Source: an uncultured Chthoniobacterales bacterium
Lineage (GTDB): Bacteria; Verrucomicrobiota; Verrucomicrobiia; Chthoniobacterales; UBA10450
Length of the DNA stretch: 64,000 nucleotides
NCBI GenBank assembly: GCA_902805675.1
Contig: CADCTA010000097.1
Location: forward strand, 1,059 to 65,058
Direction of reading: 5' to 3'
The notes below the pieces were generated by a model. That model did no database searches. It was given only the letters and a program-made list of their open reading frames with translations, and had not been told where the DNA came from. The position numbers were made by a program, and so were the translations under genes. Below, one piece after another: positions 19,320-27,305 of the stretch. How positions within the stretch are numbered: position 1 is the first letter of the stretch; the number at the start of each line of letters is the position of its first letter.

Positions 19320-20054
19320 ATGGCTGAACTGGATTGGATCAAGACCGATCTCCACATCCACACGCACGACGATCCGCGCGACGCGCTCGACTATTCGGCG
19401 CATCAACTGCTCGAGCGGGCGAAGGCGCTCGGCTTCGACGTGCTGGCGATCACCTTGCATGACGCGGTCTTCGATCGGCCGGAGGTGTTCGCGCACGCCG
19501 CTGAGATGGGCATTCTGCTCATCCCGTCGGCGGAACGGCGCATTCTCGGCGGCGATGTCATCCTGCTGAACGTGACCGCTGACGAAGCCGCTGCGATCCA
19601 CAATTTCGACGATCTGCGGCAACTGCGAGCGGCGCGCGGCGACTCGCTTTACACGATCGTGCCGCACCCGTTCTACGTGCTGGGTGGCTCGATCGGGGAG
19701 CGGATGTTGGCGGAGATGGATTGCTTCGACGCGATCGAGCTCTGCCATTTCCACAAAGGATTCTTCAATCCAAACCGTCGCGCGGAACGCGTGGCCAAAG
19801 AGTTTGGCAAGCCGCTGATCGCGACGTCGGACGCGCATCGGCTCTCGACCTTCGGCTCGCACTACACCAGCATCCCGCGTCCGTCGGAGTTGACGGTCGA
19901 GGGCGTTTTCGCGGCCCTGCGGAGAGGCCCGCTCCGCCTAACGAGCCCGCCCGCGACTTTCGCCGACCTGATCAGCGCGTTCTACTTCATCTTCGTGGAG
20001 CACCCGATCCGGCTCCGTCGTCGGGGCGAGGCGCACGCCCATCGGTCAGACTGA
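19320..20054 (+). CDS. PHP-domain metal-dependent phosphoesterase
   Basis: 244-aa ORF. 'DLHIHTHDDPRD', 'AITLHD' and a late 'TSDAH' fit the PHP His/Asp motifs. Confidence 0.8.
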   Translation: MAELDWIKTDLHIHTHDDPRDALDYSAHQLLERAKALGFDVLAITLHDAVFDRPEVFAHAAEMGILLIPSAERRILGGDVILLNVTADEAAAIHNFDDLRQLRAARGDSLYTIVPHPFYVLGGSIGERMLAEMDCFDAIELCHFHKGFFNPNRRAERVAKEFGKPLIATSDAHRLSTFGSHYTSIPRPSELTVEGVFAALRRGPLRLTSPPATFADLISAFYFIFVEHPIRLRRRGEAHAHRSD

Positions 20055-20106
20055 AAACGCCGCTCTTGAACCCTCGCCGTAAACCTGACAAAAGCGTCGT
20101 GCAGAT

Positions 20107-20580
20107 ATGAAAACCCTCGCGTCGCTTCTTCTCGTGTGTGTCGTCGCGTTCAGCGGGTGCAAGTCCTTCGGCAAGGGGAAGCGGAACAAGGACACGCGCA
20201 CCGCAGCGGAGAAGAAGCAGGAACTCGAGGCGACAGCTAATCCGGACGTCGACATGCAGGCGTTTCTGGGCCGGCTCCGCAAAGCGGTCGCGGCGCGCGA
20301 TATGAACACTCTCGCTTCGATGATGACGGCGGATTTCGCCTACGTGATGGGCGACGGCCCGGACTCGGATCGTAAGGGCGAGGGCGTCTTTCAGTTCTGG
20401 GATGAGAATGGACTCTGGCCTGAGCTCGAGGGGATTCTATCCGAGAAGTTCGTCGCCAAGGGCGAATTTTACGTAGCGCCGCCGCAGTTCGCGAACCCGG
20501 CGGTGGAGTACGAGGGCTACCGCGCGGGGCTTCGGCGGGTCAACGGCAGCTGGAAGTTTGCATATTTCGTCAACGGGTAA
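20107..20580 (+). CDS. Hypothetical lipoprotein
   Basis: 157-aa ORF with the lipoprotein signal MKTLASLLLVCVVAFSGC. No recognisable family. Confidence 0.6.
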   Translation: MKTLASLLLVCVVAFSGCKSFGKGKRNKDTRTAAEKKQELEATANPDVDMQAFLGRLRKAVAARDMNTLASMMTADFAYVMGDGPDSDRKGEGVFQFWDENGLWPELEGILSEKFVAKGEFYVAPPQFANPAVEYEGYRAGLRRVNGSWKFAYFVNG

Positions 20581-20644
20581 GCGGAGTGACCAGTGACGGA
20601 GTGGTCTCCCACAACTCGGCCGCGCTCTTTCGCAGTCTCGTCAC

Positions 20645-21100
20645 TTGTCACTCGTCACTGATCACTTTCTTGGCCTTCCGCATCGGCCGCCGTTCGTGTT
20701 CGTGCACGAGCTGCTGGGCACGAAGCCCGGCATTTCGGCGGAATGCGCGACGACTTTCGACCCCGACGATCCGATGTTCGCCGGGCATTTTCCCGGCAAT
20801 CCGCTCGTCCCAGGCGTGATCCTCACGGAAGCGCTCGCACAGACGGCCGGCATCGCCGCTGCCTCCGGTTACGCGGAGGGAGAGCGGCCGCTCTTTCTGC
20901 TCTCGGCGATCCGGGCGATGAAGTTCCATCGCGCTGCGCGTCCGGGTGAACGGATCGTTCTTCGCGCGGAGAAGATGGCGCACGTGGGCGATCTCGTGCA
21001 GTTTAGCGTCAGCGCGACGGTGGGCGGCGACAGCGTGGCCGAAGGACAGATCGTCCTGAGCGTCGCGCAGGTGCCCGCCGAACCGGATGATCGATTTTGA
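20645..21100 (+). CDS. FabA/FabZ-like 3-hydroxyacyl-ACP dehydratase (hot-dog fold)
   Basis: 151-aa ORF with a TTG start. The motif 'FAGHFPGNPLVPGVILTEALAQTAG' includes the catalytic His. Confidence 0.8.
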   Translation: MSLVTDHFLGLPHRPPFVFVHELLGTKPGISAECATTFDPDDPMFAGHFPGNPLVPGVILTEALAQTAGIAAASGYAEGERPLFLLSAIRAMKFHRAARPGERIVLRAEKMAHVGDLVQFSVSATVGGDSVAEGQIVLSVAQVPAEPDDRF

Positions 21101-21903
21101 CCAACCAGCCTAACGACTCCCTCGAATTGCCGCGCATCGGCATCGTGCTTCCAGCCTGCGATGAGGAGTCGTGCATTGCGGCGGTCCTGTCGGAGCTGCT
21201 CGCCACGATCGACCCGAGCAAGTATGTCATCGCTGTCGGGGTAAACGGGACGAGCGATCGCACGGCGGAGATCGCCCGACGTTTTCCCGTGATTGTGGCG
21301 GAGACCGATGCACGCGGCTACGGCCACGGCTGCATGGCTGCGATTGCGGCGTTGTGCCGCGTGCATCCAACGGTCGGGGCCTACATCTTCTTCGCCGCAG
21401 ATGGAGCCAGCGATCCAAGCGATGTGGCCCTGCTCGCGGCCGCCTACGAGGAAGGGAACGACTTCGTGCTGGGATCGCGGACTGCGGTGAGGAGCAACTG
21501 GGCTGCGATGACGTTGCCGCACGTGGCGGCGAACTTTGCCCTCGGGATGTGGTGCACGGTCCTCACTTCGCGCTGGTTCACGGATCTCGGGCCGCTCCGG
21601 CTCGTGGAACGTTCGCTCTTCGAGACGATGGGCCTGCGAGAGCTAACCTATGGCTGGACGATCGAATCGCAGATCGCGGCGGCGTGTCTTCGCGCTCGCA
21701 TTCGCCAGCTGTCGGTCCGCGAGCGGCCCAGGATCGCCGGTGAGCAGAAAGTGTCCCGCGTGAGCTGGCGTCGAACGTTTGCCATCGGCTGCCGCATCAT
21801 GGCCGCCGGCTGGCGCACGGACGTTCGCTTCGCGCAGCGAATTCCCGAAGTGCCGGCGAATTGCGCGGCGGAGCTGGTGCCGCAATCGCAAGGAGGATCA
21901 TGA
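21097..21903 (+). CDS. Family 2 glycosyltransferase (polyprenyl-phosphate sugar synthase-like)
   Basis: 268-aa ORF whose start overlaps the FabZ-like stop. Motifs are 'IGIVLPACDEE' and 'FFAADGASDP' (DxD-like). Confidence 0.8.
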   Translation: MTNQPNDSLELPRIGIVLPACDEESCIAAVLSELLATIDPSKYVIAVGVNGTSDRTAEIARRFPVIVAETDARGYGHGCMAAIAALCRVHPTVGAYIFFAADGASDPSDVALLAAAYEEGNDFVLGSRTAVRSNWAAMTLPHVAANFALGMWCTVLTSRWFTDLGPLRLVERSLFETMGLRELTYGWTIESQIAAACLRARIRQLSVRERPRIAGEQKVSRVSWRRTFAIGCRIMAAGWRTDVRFAQRIPEVPANCAAELVPQSQGGS

Positions 21904-22805
21904 GCATGCGTCCCTGTCGAACCAACGTGCGAGCCGCTCTGCAGATCAGTGCGGTCGCCGCAGCTGTCGCGGTGTTCGCCGGCTGCGCTGGGAAGCCAGC
22001 CTTGCCGAAGTATGCCTCCGTGGAAGCCGCGGCGCGGCCATCCTCGGCCGAGAACTTCGCGGCCCTCGTGCCGGAGGCCGACGTTGTGTACTTCCCCGTG
22101 GAGAGCGCGTCGCATGGCGGTCGCTCCGACCCGGCCGCACAACTGCTGGCCGCCTTGCAGAAATCCGGCGGGCCGCTCGCCGCCGCCTGGGACATCATTG
22201 ACGTTTCGCAACAGCCGCTGCTCGATCAACTGCAAGGCGCGCAGGGCAGCGCGCGCGAGGAGTTGCTTGGCCGCCTGGAGCTGGATGGAACTGGCCGCGC
22301 CCGCGAGTACTGCCGGTCCGTCTTGCGTGCGCCGGAATCGGCGGCGATTCGCCACCTCGCCATCGCGCCGGCGGCGACCTTGGCTGAAAAGGTGCGCGGT
22401 GGAGCGGTGCTCAGTGAGGAGGAGCAGGCGGAAGTGCCGCGCGGTTTCCGCGCGCCGGTGGGCGAGATGGAAGCATTCACTCAGCGAATCGCATCGGCAC
22501 GCGGCGCGGCGGAAGGCGACGTTGCCGCGCTCTATCGCGAGCATCTCTTTGCCGAGCAGTTCGCGGCCGAGAGGATCGCGCGCCATTTCCAGGGCGGCGG
22601 CGGCGGGAAGCTGCTCGTGTTTTTGCGACAGTCCGATCTGGAGCCCGGCCGCGGAATTCCCTATTTCGTGCCGCAGAAGGTACAACTCCGGCAATTGGTT
22701 TTTGGATCGAATCGCTCGCGCCCGGGCACGAAACTCCTAACGGACCTACCGCCCGCCCGTCGTGTCGAGGTCGTAGATGGCGCCCCACGGCCCGCTCGCG
22801 ACTAG
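21900..22805 (+). CDS. Lipoprotein, possibly ChaN-like (haem-binding uptake/Tiki superfamily)
   Basis: Start moved to ATG 21900, which overlaps the GT2 stop and is preceded by AGGAGG. The lipobox reads AVFAGC. Overall motif order ('ADVVYF...', '...LLVFLRQSDLEPGRGIPYFV') resembles ChaN, but the match is weak. Confidence 0.5.
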   Translation: MSMRPCRTNVRAALQISAVAAAVAVFAGCAGKPALPKYASVEAAARPSSAENFAALVPEADVVYFPVESASHGGRSDPAAQLLAALQKSGGPLAAAWDIIDVSQQPLLDQLQGAQGSAREELLGRLELDGTGRAREYCRSVLRAPESAAIRHLAIAPAATLAEKVRGGAVLSEEEQAEVPRGFRAPVGEMEAFTQRIASARGAAEGDVAALYREHLFAEQFAAERIARHFQGGGGGKLLVFLRQSDLEPGRGIPYFVPQKVQLRQLVFGSNRSRPGTKLLTDLPPARRVEVVDGAPRPARD

Positions 22806-24662
22806 CCGCGCGTCCTGTTCCCACGGCCGGGCGCCGGTTCCGTAGTGCGTCTTTTCCTCACGGCCCCAGAAGAGGTAGCGCACCTGCAGGCTGCGCGCGT
22901 GTTCGCGCCAGCCGGGAGCGCCGCGCATCACCAATTCGAGCTTTTTCTGGATGTCGGCGTAATCGAAGCCCTGCGTCCAGAGGTGGCCTGGATAGCCGAG
23001 CACGACCTTGCGGCCCTGCAGCAGCAGCGGGTGATTGTACGTCGGGAAAGCAGCGAAGCGCGCTTCCGGCGCAAGTTTGCGCACCGCGTCACCGACGCCG
23101 TCCACCTCGAGCCGGTCCGCGAACCCGAAGCCACTGCGCTCGCTCAGCAGCCCTCCGAAAAGCGAAACGACACCGGAGCCAAACAGCGCGATGCAAAGGC
23201 CCACGCGCACAGGCACCGGCCAGCGCGCGATCAGCTCCGACCAGAGGAACGGCAGGGCGATGACATACGCCCAAATGATGAGCTTGATGTTATCCCACTC
23301 CCACGGCGCGGTTTTGACGAGCGCCGCGAAGAGGAAAATCAAAGCCGCCGGGGTGACGAAGGCGAGCGCCGGCGAGGAGCGAATCATCCGTGGGATCAGG
23401 AACACGACGCGCTTGATCTCGTCGACCACGGCGCGCGCCTTTTCAGTGGAGACGGGAACCTCGCGCTCGCCGTGGCGACGTTTCGCTATCCGTTCCCAGG
23501 CACGGTACGCGACCACGCCCGTGAGTAGCATCGCGAGCGGTATCCAGACGCCGAAGTTCAGGAACCAAAAGCTGAAAAACGGCGCGGCAAAGTCCCCCTT
23601 GTTCTGCACCCAGCCCGGCTGCCAGGCGATCATCGATCGGGCGCGGAAATGGTCCGTGATCGTGTAGACGAAGAACGTCGCCGGGAGCAGCGCCGCACCG
23701 ACCACGATGGCGAGTCGCTTCCGCGTGGTGGCATCGCCCATCGCGAAGAAGAACGCCGCGAGCAGGCTCAAGGCGATGAACGTGTGCATGTGGAAGAGCG
23801 GCATGGTGGCGTAGAGCGTCAGCTCGAGCCAAAACGGAAGCAGCGCGGGTGACGCTCCGCTGTCGCGTTCGCCGCCGGTCGCCGGATCTTGTGCGAAGTA
23901 TTTCCGCCGCCAGTGGCACAGCAGCAACAGTCCCGCGGGCAGCGCGTAGAGCAGGCCGCGCTGCGTCACTAGCATGGAGAGCGGGAGACTCTTCCACGCG
24001 ATCTCCTGGCCACCCTGGTAGTCGATCAACTTGAGCGTTTGCAGCACTTGAAAGCCGGCGATGCCGCCATTGAAAAGGAAGCCGGCGATGCCGAATTCTC
24101 CGCCCCAGCGGTAGAGCGCATAGAAGGTGGCGATCGATCCGAGCACTCCTGCCCAGACGAGCCCGCGCACCAGGTCCACGTTCAGCTTGAGCAGCAGCGC
24201 GTTGAACAGATCAGTGCCGCCCGGGTAACGCATGTAGCTAAACGCATGGATCGGGTTCTCCGGCCAAAGCGGCACCCCGAGCGCGAAGTTCTTGATGTAG
24301 GCGATGTGGAGCGCGAGATCGCCGAGGTTGTTCGGCGACTGCACTTTCCACTGGTTGCCATCGAGGAAGAGCACCCAGCCAAACGAACGAAAGGCGAAGA
24401 AGCCGAAGCATGCAGCCAGCAGCCAGAGCCAGATGCGGCGAGAGCCTCTCCGCACCGGCGTGGTGGTTCCATTTTCTGCAGCAACGACAGGCGGCGCCGT
24501 TTCGTCGCGCGTCTGGATGAATGCGAAAGCCGCCGCGACCAGCGCCGCCGCCAGCGCGATTTTGACGATCACGTGCGACAGCCCATCCGCCGCCATGCCG
24601 ATGAGCAAGGCAGTGACGACCCAGACGTTGACGAACGTCAGCCCGGCTGACAGCCACTTCAT
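22746..24662 (-). CDS. Large polytopic membrane protein with C-terminal soluble domain (GT-C-like, family uncertain)
   Basis: 638-aa ORF with more than 10 hydrophobic segments and a soluble C-terminal ~130 aa. It starts 16 nt downstream of the DE/HGP-motif membrane protein gene. Confidence 0.7.
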   Translation of the reverse strand: MKWLSAGLTFVNVWVVTALLIGMAADGLSHVIVKIALAAALVAAAFAFIQTRDETAPPVVAAENGTTTPVRRGSRRIWLWLLAACFGFFAFRSFGWVLFLDGNQWKVQSPNNLGDLALHIAYIKNFALGVPLWPENPIHAFSYMRYPGGTDLFNALLLKLNVDLVRGLVWAGVLGSIATFYALYRWGGEFGIAGFLFNGGIAGFQVLQTLKLIDYQGGQEIAWKSLPLSMLVTQRGLLYALPAGLLLLCHWRRKYFAQDPATGGERDSGASPALLPFWLELTLYATMPLFHMHTFIALSLLAAFFFAMGDATTRKRLAIVVGAALLPATFFVYTITDHFRARSMIAWQPGWVQNKGDFAAPFFSFWFLNFGVWIPLAMLLTGVVAYRAWERIAKRRHGEREVPVSTEKARAVVDEIKRVVFLIPRMIRSSPALAFVTPAALIFLFAALVKTAPWEWDNIKLIIWAYVIALPFLWSELIARWPVPVRVGLCIALFGSGVVSLFGGLLSERSGFGFADRLEVDGVGDAVRKLAPEARFAAFPTYNHPLLLQGRKVVLGYPGHLWTQGFDYADIQKKLELVMRGAPGWREHARSLQVRYLFWGREEKTHYGTGARPWEQDARLVASGPWGAIYDLDTTGGR

Positions 24663-24678
24663 GGCGCGTGCATGCTGC

Positions 24679-26196
24679 TCAGGGTTTGGGCGCGCGGCCG
24701 ACGAAATCAGGCACCCGCCCGCGGAAGTAATCCTTAAACACGTTCGCGCTCAGGTAGAGTTTCGAGGTGTCCTGATATGGCCGGATCGTGAACGGCATCG
24801 TGTAGTAAGAGCCCTGTAGCTTGGGCTCGACCGTCGCGATCTTGTCGTCCTGCACCACGAGGAAGTCGGCGTCGAGCTTGCTCGGCATGTTCGCCTTCTC
24901 GTAATAGCCGACGCGGGTGAAATCGCCCAGGATCCACGGCAGCGGATATGCGCTCTCGCGAATCATGTGACCGACGAGCTGGTATTTGGTGGGATCTTTG
25001 CGCGCCAGCTCCAGCAGCGGCTCGGTGAGCTTGTAGATGTCGTTGTACGTCTGCACGTAGACGTACTTCTCGGTGTCTGTGGTGGCCCGGAAGAAATTGA
25101 GCCGCAGCGAGAGGAGCAGCGAAAGCGCGAGCACACCGCCCGCGACTGCGTAGCCGATACGGCGGCTGCGTTCCGGGATGAGAAGCAACGCCGCTCCGAA
25201 GAGGAACAACAACGGCCACGTGATGCTGATGATGCACCACGGCGTCTTGTAGGAGACGATGCTGTAGCCCATCAGCGTGCCCACGCCGTAGATCGCGAGA
25301 TAGCGAATGCTGATGTCCCGGAAGAACTGACAAAGCGCGCAGGCGATGAGCGCGATCGCCAGCGGCTGCTCGTAGATCCCAATCAATTCGAGCCAGTAAT
25401 GCCACGGCTTCTCGTGCCCGTTGCCTTTGTGGCCGGTCTCGAACCATGCCGAGAAGGTCGAGTAGAGTCCTTTCAGGCCTGCCCAGTTGAAAAAGGTGCC
25501 TGAGTAGAAGAACACGATCGCCGCGAGCCCGACGGCGATCACGAGTGCCAGGTCGGCGTAGGTCCAGGTCTGTTTTGCTCGCGTCGTATTCTCCGCGCGC
25601 GTGATCAAGTGCGAGACCCACGCGACGGCAAAGGCAATCAACGCACAGCCGACATGAATGATGTACGTCTCCTTCGTCAGGACCATGCCGAAGAACCCCA
25701 TCCCGACACACCAGAGATACTTCGCTGTGCCGAACTTCCAGAGGCCGAGCAGCCCGAGGATGAAGAACATCGAGAACATCACCAGCCAGATCTCGTGGAT
25801 CGAGTAGCGCCCGTAGAACACGAACGCGGGCGATACCGCCATCGCCAGCGCAGCCCAGCGGCTCGCGGTTTTCCCCACGAACGGCTCGAACCGCATCGTC
25901 AGGTGGATGCAGAAGATGCTCGCGAGCACCACCGGGATGCGGAGCGCCCAGAGGTTCCGCCCGAAGAGCGTCTGCGAGATGAAGAGGATGTAGAAATGGA
26001 GCGGGCCGTGGTAATTCGTCGGGTCGTACTTGTAGAAGCCGTTCTTCACCATCTGGTCGACGAACCAGCCGTTGATGCCCTCGTCGAAGTGCGGCGGCTT
26101 CATCGCCAGGAGCAGCAGGCGCAACAGGGCGCCGAGCCCGATAATCATCCACGGCGTCCACTCCATCGTCGCCGCGCGCGTGCGCAGTGCCTGCAT
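24679..26196 (-). CDS. PMT/ArnT-like GT-C membrane protein with DE...HGP motifs (TIGR03663-like, function unknown)
   Basis: Start placed at the ATG at 26196 so it does not overlap divergent rfbB (alternative start 26166). 'KPPHFDEGINGWF' and 'NYHGPLHFY' match the invariant DE and HGP motifs I recall for TIGR03663. It has many TM helices. Confidence 0.75.
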   Translation of the reverse strand: MQALRTRAATMEWTPWMIIGLGALLRLLLLAMKPPHFDEGINGWFVDQMVKNGFYKYDPTNYHGPLHFYILFISQTLFGRNLWALRIPVVLASIFCIHLTMRFEPFVGKTASRWAALAMAVSPAFVFYGRYSIHEIWLVMFSMFFILGLLGLWKFGTAKYLWCVGMGFFGMVLTKETYIIHVGCALIAFAVAWVSHLITRAENTTRAKQTWTYADLALVIAVGLAAIVFFYSGTFFNWAGLKGLYSTFSAWFETGHKGNGHEKPWHYWLELIGIYEQPLAIALIACALCQFFRDISIRYLAIYGVGTLMGYSIVSYKTPWCIISITWPLLFLFGAALLLIPERSRRIGYAVAGGVLALSLLLSLRLNFFRATTDTEKYVYVQTYNDIYKLTEPLLELARKDPTKYQLVGHMIRESAYPLPWILGDFTRVGYYEKANMPSKLDADFLVVQDDKIATVEPKLQGSYYTMPFTIRPYQDTSKLYLSANVFKDYFRGRVPDFVGRAPKP

Positions 26197-26260
26197 CGTA
26201 TCCCGCACCGCCGGAAAATCAGCTAGCGGCCCCTCCGAAGCGCTGCTAGTACGCGCGGCG

Positions 26261-27250
26261 ATGCGCATCTTGGTGACCGGCGGCTGTGGCTTCATCGGGA
26301 GCAACTTTATTCGCTATATTCTGAAACATTACAACCCGGCGTCGGTGAGTAATGTCGATGTCCTCACCTACGCGGGAAATCCGGCCAATCTGGACGGCGT
26401 AGCCGAGAAGTACGGCGACCGCTACGAGTTCTTCAAGGCGGACATCGCCAGCCCGGAGCAGATGGATGCGCTCCTCGGGCAGACGACCTTCTACGCCGTC
26501 GTGAATTTCGCGGCCGAGTCGCACGTCGACCGCTCGATCGATTCCCCGCAAAACTTCATCCACACAAACGTGGTCGGCACGAGCGTGCTGCTCGACTGTG
26601 CGCGCCGCCACGGCGTGCAGCGTTTCATCCAGGTCTCGACCGACGAAGTCTACGGTTCGTTAGGCGCGACCGGGAAATTCAGCGAGCAATCGCCGCTCGA
26701 TCCGAGCTCGCCCTATTCCGCGAGCAAAGCCGGCGCCGACCTCGTGGCGCTCGCGCATCACCGCACGTTTGGCCAGGAGGTCATCGTCACGCGCTGCTCG
26801 AACAACTACGGCCCGTATCAATTCCCGGAGAAGCTGATCCCGCTCATGATCATCAAGGCCATGCGCGACGAGCAGCTCCCGGTCTACGGCGACGGCATGA
26901 ACGTGCGCGATTGGATCCACGTTGAGGATCATTGCGCCGCGGTCGTCGCGTCATTGTTCGAGGGCAAACCGGGCACCGTCTACAACTTCGGCGGCAACAA
27001 CGAATCGCCGAACATCGAAGTGGTGAAGCTAATCCTCGACCGCCTCCAGAAGCCGCACAGCCTCATCTCGTACGTAACCGATCGGCTCGGGCACGACCGT
27101 CGCTACGCGATCGACTCCAGCTTCGCGCAGCGCGAGCTTGGTTGGAAACCGCTCCACACCTTCCGGGAAGGCCTCGAGTCGACCATCGACTGGTATCTGA
27201 ACAATCGCGCGTGGTGGCACCCGCTCCTGGAGCGCACAGGCCGGTACTAA
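26261..27250 (+). CDS. rfbB: dTDP-glucose 4,6-dehydratase
   Basis: Start moved to ATG 26261 (MRILVTGGCGFIGSNF). Motifs are 'HFAAESHVDRS'-like 'NFAAESHVDRSI', 'YSASKAGADL' and 'RCSNNYGPYQFPEKLIP'. Confidence 0.9.
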   Translation: MRILVTGGCGFIGSNFIRYILKHYNPASVSNVDVLTYAGNPANLDGVAEKYGDRYEFFKADIASPEQMDALLGQTTFYAVVNFAAESHVDRSIDSPQNFIHTNVVGTSVLLDCARRHGVQRFIQVSTDEVYGSLGATGKFSEQSPLDPSSPYSASKAGADLVALAHHRTFGQEVIVTRCSNNYGPYQFPEKLIPLMIIKAMRDEQLPVYGDGMNVRDWIHVEDHCAAVVASLFEGKPGTVYNFGGNNESPNIEVVKLILDRLQKPHSLISYVTDRLGHDRRYAIDSSFAQRELGWKPLHTFREGLESTIDWYLNNRAWWHPLLERTGRY

Positions 27251-27305
27251 AACAAGCCCGCAGGAATTTCCTTGAACGCAGTTAAAACTCCGTCACGATG
27301 GCGGC

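Noticed and set aside
19236-19862. 208-aa minus-strand ORF
   Set aside because: It overlaps the 5' end of the tRNA-Leu and is antisense to the PHP-domain gene, which has clear catalytic motifs.
24734-26161. 475-aa alternative-frame ORF on the same strand as the GT-C membrane protein gene
   Set aside because: It is an off-frame shadow rich in R/A/P/G. The overlapping frame encodes a coherent polytopic protein with the DE/HGP motifs.
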